Shown one piece after another: positions 1 to 8,972 of a stretch of 32,000 nucleotides of DNA. The notes beneath the pieces are model-generated. The model made no database searches. It had not been told where the DNA came from and worked only from the letters and a program-made list of their open reading frames with translations. The stretch spans positions 240,001 through 272,000 of the forward strand of contig NZ_CP046226.1 in the NCBI RefSeq assembly GCF_012562765.1, written 5' to 3'. The stretch is from Candidatus Saccharimonadota bacterium (GTDB lineage: Bacteria; Pseudomonadota; Gammaproteobacteria; Enterobacterales; Enterobacteriaceae). Position 1 is the stretch's first letter; every line of letters begins with the position of its first letter. Both the position numbers and the translations under genes were made by a program.

Positions 1-623
1 CTGTAATGTTAACTACTTTTAATGAAGTTAACATGCAAAAAATTATTGATATAAGACATAAATATGGTGAATTATTTAAACAAAAATATAAAATTAAATT
101 AGGATTAACGTCTTTTCATGTTAAAGCTGTTTCTCAAGCACTTAGATATTTTCCTAAACTTAATGCATTCATAGATGGAGATGACATTATTTATAATAAT
201 ATATATAATATTAATATTGCATTATCAACAGAAAGAGGATTATTAGCTCCTATTATAAAAAATACTAACGATTTATCTTTAATTGAAATTGAAAAAAAAA
301 TAAAAGAATTAGTCAATAAAGGAAATATGAATAAATTATCTATTGATGATTTATCTAGTGGTAATTTTACCATTACTAATGGAGGTGTTTTTGGTTCTCT
401 TATGTCTACACCTATTATAAATCCTCCTCAAAATGCTATATTAGGAATACATGCAATTAATAATAGACCATTTGTATTAAATAATAAAATTAGTATTGTA
501 CCTATAATGTATTTAGCATTATCATATAATCATTGTTTAATAGACGGAAAAGATTCCATAGGATTTTTATGTTTAATAAAACAATTATTAGAAGATCCCT
601 TTCGTTTATTATTGAATATTTAA
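1..623 (+). CDS. sucB: Dihydrolipoyllysine-residue succinyltransferase (2-oxoglutarate dehydrogenase E2), C-terminal catalytic domain; 5' end upstream of window
   Basis: The frame of tracked ORF 6..623 stays open to the window edge (codon gta at 3-5), so the ATG at 6 is internal. The translation TITNGGVFGSLMSTPIINPPQNAILGIHA...MYLALSYNHCLIDG...LLEDPFRLLLNI is nearly collinear with the recalled E. coli SucB C-terminus. TAA stop at 621-623. Confidence 0.9.
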   Translation, partial: VMLTTFNEVNMQKIIDIRHKYGELFKQKYKIKLGLTSFHVKAVSQALRYFPKLNAFIDGDDIIYNNIYNINIALSTERGLLAPIIKNTNDLSLIEIEKKIKELVNKGNMNKLSIDDLSSGNFTITNGGVFGSLMSTPIINPPQNAILGIHAINNRPFVLNNKISIVPIMYLALSYNHCLIDGKDSIGFLCLIKQLLEDPFRLLLNI

Positions 624-856
624 ATCAATGATATTAATATTAAAAATTAATATTATTAAAATATTTAAAATATAATATTATTATTTATTTTTCATTATAT
701 ATTCTAAAATATATAATAATATTAAATAAATAAAAAATTAATTATAATATATTTATATATATGATTTTTAATTTAAGATAATATAATAAATATTTTAAAT
801 TAATAGTTTTATTACATAAAAATAATATTAGATCAGTAGTTAAGGATTAATTAATA

Positions 857-2419
857 ATGTTAAATGTTATTGAATTATCAAGATTACAATTTGCACTAAC
901 AGCAATGTATCATTTTATATTTGTTCCTTTAACATTAGGTATGTCTTTTTTATTAGCTATAATGGAAACTTTATACGTTTTATCCGGAAATATAATATAC
1001 AAAGACATGACACAGTTTTGGGGAAAATTATTTGGTATAAATTTTGCTTTAGGAGTAGCTACCGGTTTAACAATGGAATTCCAATTTGGAACAAATTGGT
1101 CATATTATTCACATTACGTAGGAGATATTTTTGGTGCTCCATTAGCAATTGAAGGATTAATGGCTTTTTTTCTAGAATCAACTTTTGTTGGTTTATTTTT
1201 TTTAGGATGGAATCGTTTAAATAAAATTCAACATATGATTGTAACATGGTTAGTAGCAATTGGTTCTAATTTTTCTGCTTTATGGATTCTTATAGCTAAT
1301 GCTTGGATGCAAAATCCAATATCTTCTCATTTTAATTATAAAAATATGAGAATGGAAATGGATAATTTCTGGAATCTAATTTTAAATCCTGTAGCTCAAT
1401 TAAAATTTGTACATACTGTTTCAGCAGGATATACAACAGCATCAATATTTATAATTGGTATTAGTTCTTATTACCTATTAAAAAAAAGAGATATTATATT
1501 TGCAAGAAAATCAATAATTATAGCTTCTAGTTTTGGTTTAGCTTCTATTTTTTCTGTAATAGTTCTTGGTGATGAATCAGGATATCAATTAGGAGAAACA
1601 CAACAAATTAAACTTGCTGCTATTGAAGCAGAATGGGAAACACAAAAACCACCAGCATCATTTACTATAATAGGATTTCCTAATCAAAAATATCAATTAA
1701 ATAAATATTCAATAGAAATACCATATTTATTAGGTTTAATAGCTACAAGATCTACAGATATTCCTATTTTAGGAATTAAAGATTTAATTAAAAATAATGA
1801 ATTAAAAATTACTAATGGTTTAAATGCATTAATTATACTTGAAAAAATACAAAATGGTAAAGCTGATAATAATCATATAAATTATTTTAATAAAGTAAAA
1901 AAAGATTTAGGATATGGTTTTTTAGTAAAACAGTATACGAATGATATAAAACATGTCAATATTAATCAAATTAAAAAAATTGCTATAAATACTATACCAT
2001 TAGTCTTTCCTTTATTTTTTGCTTTTAGAATTATGGTTCTTTCTAGTATTATTTTATTAATTACTATTATTTTAGTATTTATTAACATATTAAATAATAA
2101 ATTAATAAATAAAACATATTTATTAAAATTTTGTTTATATATAATTCCATTACCTTGGATTGCATCTGAATCAGGATGGTTTATTTCAGAATATGGAAGA
2201 CAACCATGGGCAATAGATGAAATTTTACCTACATTTATGGCTGGTTCATCAATTAAAATGATTGATGTTTTATTTTCTACTATTACTATTTTAATTTTTT
2301 ATACAATATTATTATTAATTGAGTTATATTTAATGTTTAAAATAGCTCGTATTGGTCCTAGTAACTTAAATACAGGAAAATATCATTTTGAAAAAAAAAA
2401 TATTTCTAATAAATTATGA
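857..2419 (+). CDS. cydA: Cytochrome bd-I ubiquinol oxidase subunit I
   Basis: The 520-aa ORF has MLNVIELSRLQFALTAMYHFIFVPLTLG, FGINFALGVATGLTMEFQFGTNWSYYSHYVGDIFGAPLAIEGLMAFFLESTFVGLFF, KLAAIEAEWET and EYGRQPWAI, all close to recalled E. coli CydA (about 522 aa). An AAGGA SD lies at 842-846. ATG start, TGA stop. Confidence 0.94.
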   Translation: MLNVIELSRLQFALTAMYHFIFVPLTLGMSFLLAIMETLYVLSGNIIYKDMTQFWGKLFGINFALGVATGLTMEFQFGTNWSYYSHYVGDIFGAPLAIEGLMAFFLESTFVGLFFLGWNRLNKIQHMIVTWLVAIGSNFSALWILIANAWMQNPISSHFNYKNMRMEMDNFWNLILNPVAQLKFVHTVSAGYTTASIFIIGISSYYLLKKRDIIFARKSIIIASSFGLASIFSVIVLGDESGYQLGETQQIKLAAIEAEWETQKPPASFTIIGFPNQKYQLNKYSIEIPYLLGLIATRSTDIPILGIKDLIKNNELKITNGLNALIILEKIQNGKADNNHINYFNKVKKDLGYGFLVKQYTNDIKHVNINQIKKIAINTIPLVFPLFFAFRIMVLSSIILLITIILVFINILNNKLINKTYLLKFCLYIIPLPWIASESGWFISEYGRQPWAIDEILPTFMAGSSIKMIDVLFSTITILIFYTILLLIELYLMFKIARIGPSNLNTGKYHFEKKNISNKL

Positions 2420-2458
2420 TTTTTATATAAATTATATACTATAAATAGGTTATTTTAA

Positions 2459-3598
2459 ATGTTAGATTATAATGTTTTACGTATAATTTGGTGGTTTTTA
2501 ATTGGATTCTTAGTTATTGGATTTCTTATTACTGATGGTTTAGATATGGGAGTAGGAATTTTATTATTTATAATAGGTAAAAATAATATTGAAAGACGAA
2601 TTATGATAAATAGTATTGCCCCTCATTGGGATGGTAATCAAGTTTGGTTAATTACAGTAGGAGGGGCTTTATTTGCAGCTTGGCCTATTGTTTATGCTAC
2701 ACTTTTTTCTAGTTTTTATATACCTATGATAATAATGTTATTATCTTTATTTTTACGTCCTGTAGGATTTGAATATCGTTCTAAAATAAAAAATTATAAA
2801 TGGCAAAAAATATGCGATATACTAATTTCTATAGGCAGTATTATTCCTCCTATTATAATAGGAATAGCTATGGGTAATTTATTAAAAGGCATTCCTTTTT
2901 ATATTGATAGATATTTTCGTATCCATTCTGAATTACATTTTTTAAATTTATTTAATATATTTAGTATAATAATTAGTCTTACTAGTATCACTATGTTTAT
3001 TAATCAAGCATCTACTTATTTACAATTTAGAATAAATGATAAATATATTAATTATAGAACTAATATTATCACTCAAATATCATCGATAATGTTAATTATC
3101 TTTTTTATACTATCTTTTATTAATACTATGTTCTATATTAAAGGATATAAAATAATAACATTAATAGAAAATAATTTTAATAATATTGTTAAAAAAGAAA
3201 TTTTACATTCATATGGATTCTGGTTTTCTAATTTTCAAAAACATTATTATTTATTAATAATACCATTATTATGTTTAATATTACCAATTTTTACAATTAT
3301 ATTTTCACGATATAAAAAAAAATTAATGACTTTTATTAGTTCTTCATTAACTATTATATTTATAGTATGTACTATAGGTATTACAATGTTTCCTTTAATT
3401 ATACCTTCTAATATTATGCCATCACATAGTCTTACTATGTGGAATGCTACATCAAGTAAACTTACATTAAATATAATGTTATATGCAGCTGTTATTTTTG
3501 TACCTATTATTTTAAGTTATACTTTTTGGTGTTATAAGAAAATGTTTTATCCGATTACTAGAGAAGAAATTAAAAATAATACAAATAATTATTATTAA
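2459..3598 (+). CDS. cydB: Cytochrome bd-I ubiquinol oxidase subunit II
   Basis: The 379-aa ORF is the same length as E. coli CydB. It carries ERRIMINSIAPHWDGNQVWLIT.GGALFAAWP and SLTMWNATSS.LTLN motifs. It starts 39 bp after cydA, with an AGGT SD-like sequence upstream. Confidence 0.92.
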   Translation: MLDYNVLRIIWWFLIGFLVIGFLITDGLDMGVGILLFIIGKNNIERRIMINSIAPHWDGNQVWLITVGGALFAAWPIVYATLFSSFYIPMIIMLLSLFLRPVGFEYRSKIKNYKWQKICDILISIGSIIPPIIIGIAMGNLLKGIPFYIDRYFRIHSELHFLNLFNIFSIIISLTSITMFINQASTYLQFRINDKYINYRTNIITQISSIMLIIFFILSFINTMFYIKGYKIITLIENNFNNIVKKEILHSYGFWFSNFQKHYYLLIIPLLCLILPIFTIIFSRYKKKLMTFISSSLTIIFIVCTIGITMFPLIIPSNIMPSHSLTMWNATSSKLTLNIMLYAAVIFVPIILSYTFWCYKKMFYPITREEIKNNTNNYY

Positions 3599-3613
3599 TA
3601 AAATTTAATTAAA

Positions 3614-3715
3614 ATGGCGATAAATATGTGGTATTTTACATGGTTTATAGGTGTGTTATTAGCATGTTTTTTTAGTATAATAATTACTTTAACTATAGAA
3701 TATAAAGAAAAATAA
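3614..3715 (+). CDS. cydX: Cytochrome bd-I oxidase small subunit CydX (YbgT); not in the supplied ORF track
   Basis: I translated this by hand as MAINMWYFTWFIGVLLACFFSIIITLTIEYKEK*. From the second Met (3626) it aligns with recalled E. coli CydX, MWYFAWILGTLLACSFGVITALAL.... It sits 15 bp after cydB, as in the E. coli cydABX operon. The true start may be 3626. Confidence 0.75.
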   Translation: MAINMWYFTWFIGVLLACFFSIIITLTIEYKEK

Positions 3716-3743
3716 ATAATAAAAATATTATTTATTAAAAAAA

Positions 3744-3762
3744 TAAAATACTTAGTATTTTA
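3744..3762 (+). terminator. Weak terminator-like stem-loop after cydX
   Basis: The element taaaatac-tta-gtatttta forms an 8-bp stem with one G:C pair and a 3-nt loop. The 3' arm ends in TTTT. It lies 29 nt after the cydX stop. Confidence 0.25.
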
Positions 3763-4016
3763 ATAAATTTAATAATTAAAATTAAATATTAATTTAATTT
3801 TAAACTTATTATGAGATAATTTTTTTATATATGATAATATGTTATTATTCAAGCATATATTTAATATTATTTATAATATATTGATAAAAAATAATTTTTA
3901 ATAAATTTATTAATATTAAAAAATAAATATATTACATATATAATGTATTTAATATTTAAATTAATAATAATATATTTATTTTATAGTATATTCAAATAAA
4001 ATATTTTAAATAAAGA

Positions 4017-5915
4017 ATGAATAATTCAAATAAATATAACGCTGATGCTATTGAAGTATTAGAAGGATTGGATCCTGTAAGACGTAGACCAGGAATGTAT
4101 ACAGATCTTACTAGACCTAATCATTTAGGTCAAGAAGTAATTGATAATAGTGTAGATGAAGCATTATCTGGTTATGCAAAAAATATTGAAGTAATTTTAT
4201 ATAAAGATCAATCATTAGAAATTATTGATGATGGTAGAGGTATGCCTATTGATATACATCCTCAAGAAAAAATTCCTGCTATTGAACTTATTTTATGTCG
4301 TTTACATGCAGGAAGTAAATTTTCTAATAAAAATTATAATTTTTCTGGTGGATTACATGGGGTTGGAATTTCTGTAGTAAATGCATTATCAAAAAGAATG
4401 AAAGTTACTATATTTCGTTATGGTAAAATTTATACTATAATTTTTGAAAATGGATATAAAATACAAGATCTTAAAGTAATAAATCATACTAAAATAGTAA
4501 ATACTGGAACAAAAATAAGATTTTGGCCTAATGAATGTTTTTTTGATCATTCTACTTTTTTAGTTTCTCATTTAATAAATTTATTAAAAGCTAAAGCTGT
4601 ATTATGTCCCGGATTAAAAGTATATTTTAAAAATAAAAATACACAAGATAATTATTATTGGCATTATAAAGATGGTTTATCTGATTATTTGATCAATTCT
4701 ATTAAAAATGTTACTACAATACCTAATATTCCATTTAAAGGAAAATATTGTAATGATAAAAAACATATAGATTGGGCTTTATTTTGGGTTCCAGAAAGTA
4801 ATCATTTTATTACAGAAAGTTATGTTAATTTAATTCCAACAACATATGGAGGTACACACGTTAATGGATTACGTTTAGGATTATTAGATGCTATGCGTAA
4901 TTTTTGTCATTTTCATAATACTTTACCTAGAAATATTAAATTATTAGGAGAAGATATTTGGAATCATTGTTCTTATGTTTTATCTATAAAGATTCAAGAT
5001 CCACAATTTACTGGACAAACTAAAGAAAGATTATCTTCACGTCAATGTACAATATTTGTTTCTAATATTATTAGAGATTCTTTTATTTTATGGTTAAACC
5101 AAAATATTGAAATTGGAATCTATTTAGCTGATATGGTAATTTCTAATGCTCAAAAACGTATTAGAGAATCAAAAAAATTAGTTAAAAAGAAAAATAATAT
5201 TAGTTCCATATTACCTGGTAAATTAGCTGATTGTATAATTCATAACTCTAATAATACAGAACTTTTTTTAGTAGAAGGAGATTCTGCAGGAGGATCAGCT
5301 AAACAAGCTAGAGATAGATATTATCAAGCAGTTATGCCTTTAAAAGGAAAAATTTTAAATACATGGGAAATTAATTCTGAAGAAATTTTATCTTCACAGG
5401 AAATATATGATATTTCTCTTGCAATAGGAATTTATCCTAATAATAATGATCTAAAAAAATTAAGATATAATAAAATTTGTATTTTAGCTGATGCTGATTC
5501 TGATGGATTACATATTGCAACATTATTATGTGCTTTATTTATTCGTCATTTTTTTCCATTAGTAAAAGAAGGTCATATTTATGTTGCTATGCCTCCTTTA
5601 TATCGCATTGATTTAGGAAAAGAAGTATTTTATGCTTTAGATGAAAATGAAAAAATTACTATTTTAAATAAATTAAAAAATAGAAAAAATAAAATTAATG
5701 TTCAAAGATTTAAGGGATTAGGGGAAATGAATCCTATACAATTAAGAGAAACAACATTAAATCCTGTTAGTAGAAGATTAGTACAACTTATAATTAATAA
5801 TACTGATAAAGAAATAAATAAGTCATTATCCATTATGGATATGTTACTTTCTAAAAAAAGAGCAGAAGATCGTCGTAAATGGTTACAAAAAAAAGGTGAT
5901 ATTTCTAATATATAA
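4017..5915 (+). CDS. parE: DNA topoisomerase IV subunit B
   Basis: The ORF is 632 aa (E. coli ParE is 630 aa, GyrB 804 aa). The N-terminus YNADAIEVLEGLDPVRRRPGMYTD.TRPNHLGQEVIDNSVDEAL matches ParE almost residue for residue. Further matches are ILCRLHAGSKFSNKNYNFSGGLHGVGISVVNALSKR, the Toprim EGDSAGGSAKQARDR, and DADSDGLHIATLLCALF. Confidence 0.88.
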   Translation: MNNSNKYNADAIEVLEGLDPVRRRPGMYTDLTRPNHLGQEVIDNSVDEALSGYAKNIEVILYKDQSLEIIDDGRGMPIDIHPQEKIPAIELILCRLHAGSKFSNKNYNFSGGLHGVGISVVNALSKRMKVTIFRYGKIYTIIFENGYKIQDLKVINHTKIVNTGTKIRFWPNECFFDHSTFLVSHLINLLKAKAVLCPGLKVYFKNKNTQDNYYWHYKDGLSDYLINSIKNVTTIPNIPFKGKYCNDKKHIDWALFWVPESNHFITESYVNLIPTTYGGTHVNGLRLGLLDAMRNFCHFHNTLPRNIKLLGEDIWNHCSYVLSIKIQDPQFTGQTKERLSSRQCTIFVSNIIRDSFILWLNQNIEIGIYLADMVISNAQKRIRESKKLVKKKNNISSILPGKLADCIIHNSNNTELFLVEGDSAGGSAKQARDRYYQAVMPLKGKILNTWEINSEEILSSQEIYDISLAIGIYPNNNDLKKLRYNKICILADADSDGLHIATLLCALFIRHFFPLVKEGHIYVAMPPLYRIDLGKEVFYALDENEKITILNKLKNRKNKINVQRFKGLGEMNPIQLRETTLNPVSRRLVQLIINNTDKEINKSLSIMDMLLSKKRAEDRRKWLQKKGDISNI

Positions 5916-6297
5916 ATTGAAAAAATAATTTATATTATGAGTTATTTTAAGAAATTTAATCATATTAATATTTTATTATATATTATAATAATTTTAGTAT
6001 ATTAACTAACTAGATAATAAAAATTATTTAATTATAAAATATTTCATTTTCTATATTAAAATATTAATTAAATTATAAATAATAAAATTATATTTTATAT
6101 TATAATAATTTTGATATATTAATTATATTAAAAATTTTAAAATTTTTTTGTTATTAACAATAATATTTAATAAATCGAATTAAAATAATATTACTATTAA
6201 AGTAATTATTTAATAACTTTAACTAATAAAATAATTTAATCAAATAATATAATATATATTTATATATAATTTTTATTAAAATAAGGAATAATAAACC

Positions 6298-8961
6298 ATG
6301 TCAGATAATTTATATAATGACGTGGATCCAATTGAAACTAATGATTGGATGCAATCTATAATATCAGTTATAAAAGAAGAAGGTATTGAAAGAGCTAAAT
6401 TTTTACTTAAAAAATTAATAATACATGCTAACAAATATGGAGTAAATTTAAGTACAAAAAATAATAATTATATTAATACTATTCCATTAGAAAAAGAACC
6501 TATATATCCTGGAAATATTATTTTAGAAAAAAAAATAAGATCTTTTGTTCGTTGGAATGCAATTATGATGGTTTTAAGAGCTTCAAAAAAAAATTTAGAT
6601 TTAGGTGGTCATATTTCATCTTTTCAATCTGCAGCACATATTTATGAAGTTTGTTTTAATCATATTTTTCATGCATCTAATAAAAATAATATTGGAGATT
6701 TAATTTATTTTCAAGGACATATTTCTCCAGGAATATATTCTAGAGCTTTTATTGAAGGAAGATTAAATACAAATAATCTTGATAATTTTCGTCAAGAAAT
6801 ATTGGGTGATGGTTTATCATCATATCCTCATCCTAAACTAATGCCTAATTTTTGGCAATTTCCTACTGTATCTATGGGTTTAGGTCCTATATCATCAATA
6901 TATCAAGCAAAATTTTTAAAATATCTTAAAAACAGAAAATTAAAAGATACATCTAAACAAAAAATTTTTACATTTATAGGTGATGGTGAAATGGACGAAC
7001 CTGAATCTAAAGGTGTTATTAATATAGCAGCTCGTGAAAAATTAGATAATTTAATTTTTATTGTAAATTGTAATTTACAACGTTTAGATGGTCCTGTTTA
7101 TGGTAATGGAAAAATTATTAATGAATTAGAAGATATTTTTTTTGGTGCTGGATGGGAAGTAATTAAAGTAATTTGGGGACATAAATGGGATTCATTACTA
7201 AAAAAAGATAAAACTGGAAAATTAATTCAATTAATGAATGAGACAATTGATGGAGATTATCAAAATTTTAAATCTAAAAATGGTAATTATATAAGAAAAA
7301 ATTTTTTTGGAAAATATAAACAAACATTAGATCTTGTAAAAAATATGTCTGATAAGGAAATTGAACAATTAAATTATGGTGGACATGATTCAAAAAAAAT
7401 TTATGCTGCATTTAAAAAAGCATATAGTATTAAAAATAAACCTATAATAATATTAATACATACAATTAAAGGATATGGATTAGGAAATATAGCAGAAAGT
7501 AAAAATATAGCACATCAAATAAAAAAAATGGATTTAAATACAATTAAATATATTAAAAATAGATTAAATATACCAATTAATGATGTAGATTTATATTCTT
7601 TGCCTTATATTTCTTTTAGTAAAAATTCTAAAGAATATCAATATATTCACCATCAAAGAAAAAAATTAGGAGGATATATTCCTTCTAGAAGAAGAAATTT
7701 TAGTGAAAAATTAATATTACCTTCTCTATCTGATTTTAATTCCTTATTTAAAAAACAAGATAAAAAAATATCTACTACTATAGCATTTATAAGAATATTA
7801 AATATAATGTTAAGAAATAATAATATTAAAAATAGAATTGTACCTATTGTTGCAGATGAAGCACGTACATTTGGTATGGAAGGTTTATTTAGACAAATAG
7901 GAATTTATAATTCTAATGGATTAAATTATGTACCACAAGATATAAATTTATTAGCTTATTATAAAGAAGATAAAAAAGGACAAATTTTACAAGAAGGTAT
8001 AAATGAATCAGGAGCATTTGCTTCTTGGTTAGCTGTAGCTACATCTTATTCTACTAATAATTTTCCTATGATACCCTTTTATATTTATTATTCTATATTT
8101 GGTTTTCAAAGAATAGGTGATTTTTGTTGGGCTGCTGGAGATCAACAAGCACGAGGTTTTCTAATAGGAGCAACTTCTGGAAGAACGACATTAAATGGTG
8201 AAGGATTACAACATGAAGATGGTCATAGTCATATTTATTCTTTAACTATTCCTAATTGTATTTCATATGATCCAGCATATGCATATGAAATAGCTATAAT
8301 TATATATAATGGTTTACAAAGAATGTATGGTAAAAAACAAGAAAATATATATTATTATATTACTACTACAAATGAAAATTATTCTATGCCTGAATTAATT
8401 CCTAACTTAAATATTGAGTACGGTATATGTAAAGGAATTTATAAATTAAAAACGATAAAAGGATATGTAACTACTATTCAATTATTAGGATCAGGATCAA
8501 TATTACGTCATGTTATTAAAGCTGGAGAATTATTATATAAAGAATATAATATAGGATCTAATATTTTTAGTGTAACTTCTTTTACAGAATTAGCTAGAGA
8601 TGGTCAAGATTGTGATAGATGGAATATGTTACATCCATTAGAAAAAAATCGTATTCCATACATTACAAGTATAATGAATAATGAACCAACAGTTGCTACA
8701 ACTGATTATATGAAAATTTTTGCAGAACAAGTTCGTAAATATATACCATCAAATAATTATATTGTTTTAGGAACAGATGGTTTTGGTCGTTCTGATAGTC
8801 GTAAAAATTTACGTGATTTTTTTGAAATTAATAAGTTATATATTGTTTTAGCAATATTAAATATGTTAGTTAAATTAAAATTAATTAATAAAAAATTAAT
8901 ATTACATTTTATTAAAAAATATAATATTAATATGAATAAAAATAATCCTAGAATATCATAA
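6298..8961 (+). CDS. aceE: Pyruvate dehydrogenase E1 component
   Basis: The ORF is 887 aa (E. coli AceE is 887 aa). It has the homodimeric E1p N-terminus DVDPIETNDW and the ThDP-motif region GDGEMDEPES...NCNLQRLDGPV. It lies directly upstream of aceF-lpdA. An AAGGA SD lies at 6283-6287. Confidence 0.94.
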   Translation: MSDNLYNDVDPIETNDWMQSIISVIKEEGIERAKFLLKKLIIHANKYGVNLSTKNNNYINTIPLEKEPIYPGNIILEKKIRSFVRWNAIMMVLRASKKNLDLGGHISSFQSAAHIYEVCFNHIFHASNKNNIGDLIYFQGHISPGIYSRAFIEGRLNTNNLDNFRQEILGDGLSSYPHPKLMPNFWQFPTVSMGLGPISSIYQAKFLKYLKNRKLKDTSKQKIFTFIGDGEMDEPESKGVINIAAREKLDNLIFIVNCNLQRLDGPVYGNGKIINELEDIFFGAGWEVIKVIWGHKWDSLLKKDKTGKLIQLMNETIDGDYQNFKSKNGNYIRKNFFGKYKQTLDLVKNMSDKEIEQLNYGGHDSKKIYAAFKKAYSIKNKPIIILIHTIKGYGLGNIAESKNIAHQIKKMDLNTIKYIKNRLNIPINDVDLYSLPYISFSKNSKEYQYIHHQRKKLGGYIPSRRRNFSEKLILPSLSDFNSLFKKQDKKISTTIAFIRILNIMLRNNNIKNRIVPIVADEARTFGMEGLFRQIGIYNSNGLNYVPQDINLLAYYKEDKKGQILQEGINESGAFASWLAVATSYSTNNFPMIPFYIYYSIFGFQRIGDFCWAAGDQQARGFLIGATSGRTTLNGEGLQHEDGHSHIYSLTIPNCISYDPAYAYEIAIIIYNGLQRMYGKKQENIYYYITTTNENYSMPELIPNLNIEYGICKGIYKLKTIKGYVTTIQLLGSGSILRHVIKAGELLYKEYNIGSNIFSVTSFTELARDGQDCDRWNMLHPLEKNRIPYITSIMNNEPTVATTDYMKIFAEQVRKYIPSNNYIVLGTDGFGRSDSRKNLRDFFEINKLYIVLAILNMLVKLKLINKKLILHFIKKYNINMNKNNPRIS

Positions 8962-8972
8962 AAAGGAAAAAT

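Noticed and set aside
191-373. Tracked 60-aa ORF on the - strand inside sucB. The same class includes 1059-1259 (-) inside cydA, 10607-10837 (-) inside lpdA, 12253-12480 (+) inside dapE and 27363-27569 (+) inside dnaE.
   Set aside because: Each lies wholly antisense to a strongly supported conserved gene. The translations are low-complexity I/F/L/K/N strings with no recognisable motif, and no SD is present. Stop-poor antisense frames are expected in A/T-rich coding DNA.
630-660. A/T-only stem-loops right after the sucB stop (taatattaa-aaa-ttaatatta). Similar A/T-only palindromes occur after nfuA (21200-21245, for example aaaatatatatttt) and after lon (13355-13375).
   Set aside because: They contain no G:C pairs and have arms of 6-9 nt. 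Such palindromes are expected at high frequency by chance in this composition, so I did not call them terminators.
2417-2419. Possible UGA-to-Trp recoding (code 4), as in some tiny symbiont genomes.
   Set aside because: cydA terminates at this TGA close to where E. coli CydA ends. All conserved Trp positions I checked (for example EAEWET and GRQPW in cydA, HWDGNQVW in cydB) are TGG. All genes have E. coli-like lengths under code 11.
4017-5915. The alternative call of this GHKL/Toprim ORF as gyrB.
   Set aside because: The length (632 aa) lacks the roughly 170-aa insertion of enterobacterial GyrB. The N-terminal 60 residues match ParE (YNADAIEVL.GL.PVRRRPGMYTD.TRPNHL) rather than GyrB ([26 protein letters not shown]).
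5937-6005. A 22-codon ORF (MSYFKKFNHINILLYIIIILVY) in the parE-aceE spacer, which could be a hydrophobic small protein.
   Set aside because: There is no Shine-Dalgarno. The composition is what random A/T-rich sequence yields, and I recognise no homolog. Similar short ORFs occur in every spacer, for example a 17-codon one at about 3831.
5979-6122. An imperfect 27-nt direct repeat, tatattataataatttt(ag/ga)tatattaa, at 5979-6005 and 6096-6122, with 25/27 identity, upstream of aceE.
   Set aside because: In an essentially two-letter A/T spacer of about 380 bp, my rough estimate is that a match of this quality is not clearly beyond chance. It may just reflect repeated TATAAT-like low-complexity sequence. 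It is worth a shuffling test but is not a supported feature.
5916-6297. Replication-origin or DnaA-box (TTATCCACA) clusters and strand-switch points (about 12000, 20550, 24075) as an oriC/ter candidate.
   Set aside because: I saw no TTATCCACA/TGTGGATAA matches in the spacers. The only ttatcca lies inside bamA. Strand switches coincide with conserved E. coli-like gene blocks and need not reflect replication architecture. A GC-skew computation would be needed to settle this.
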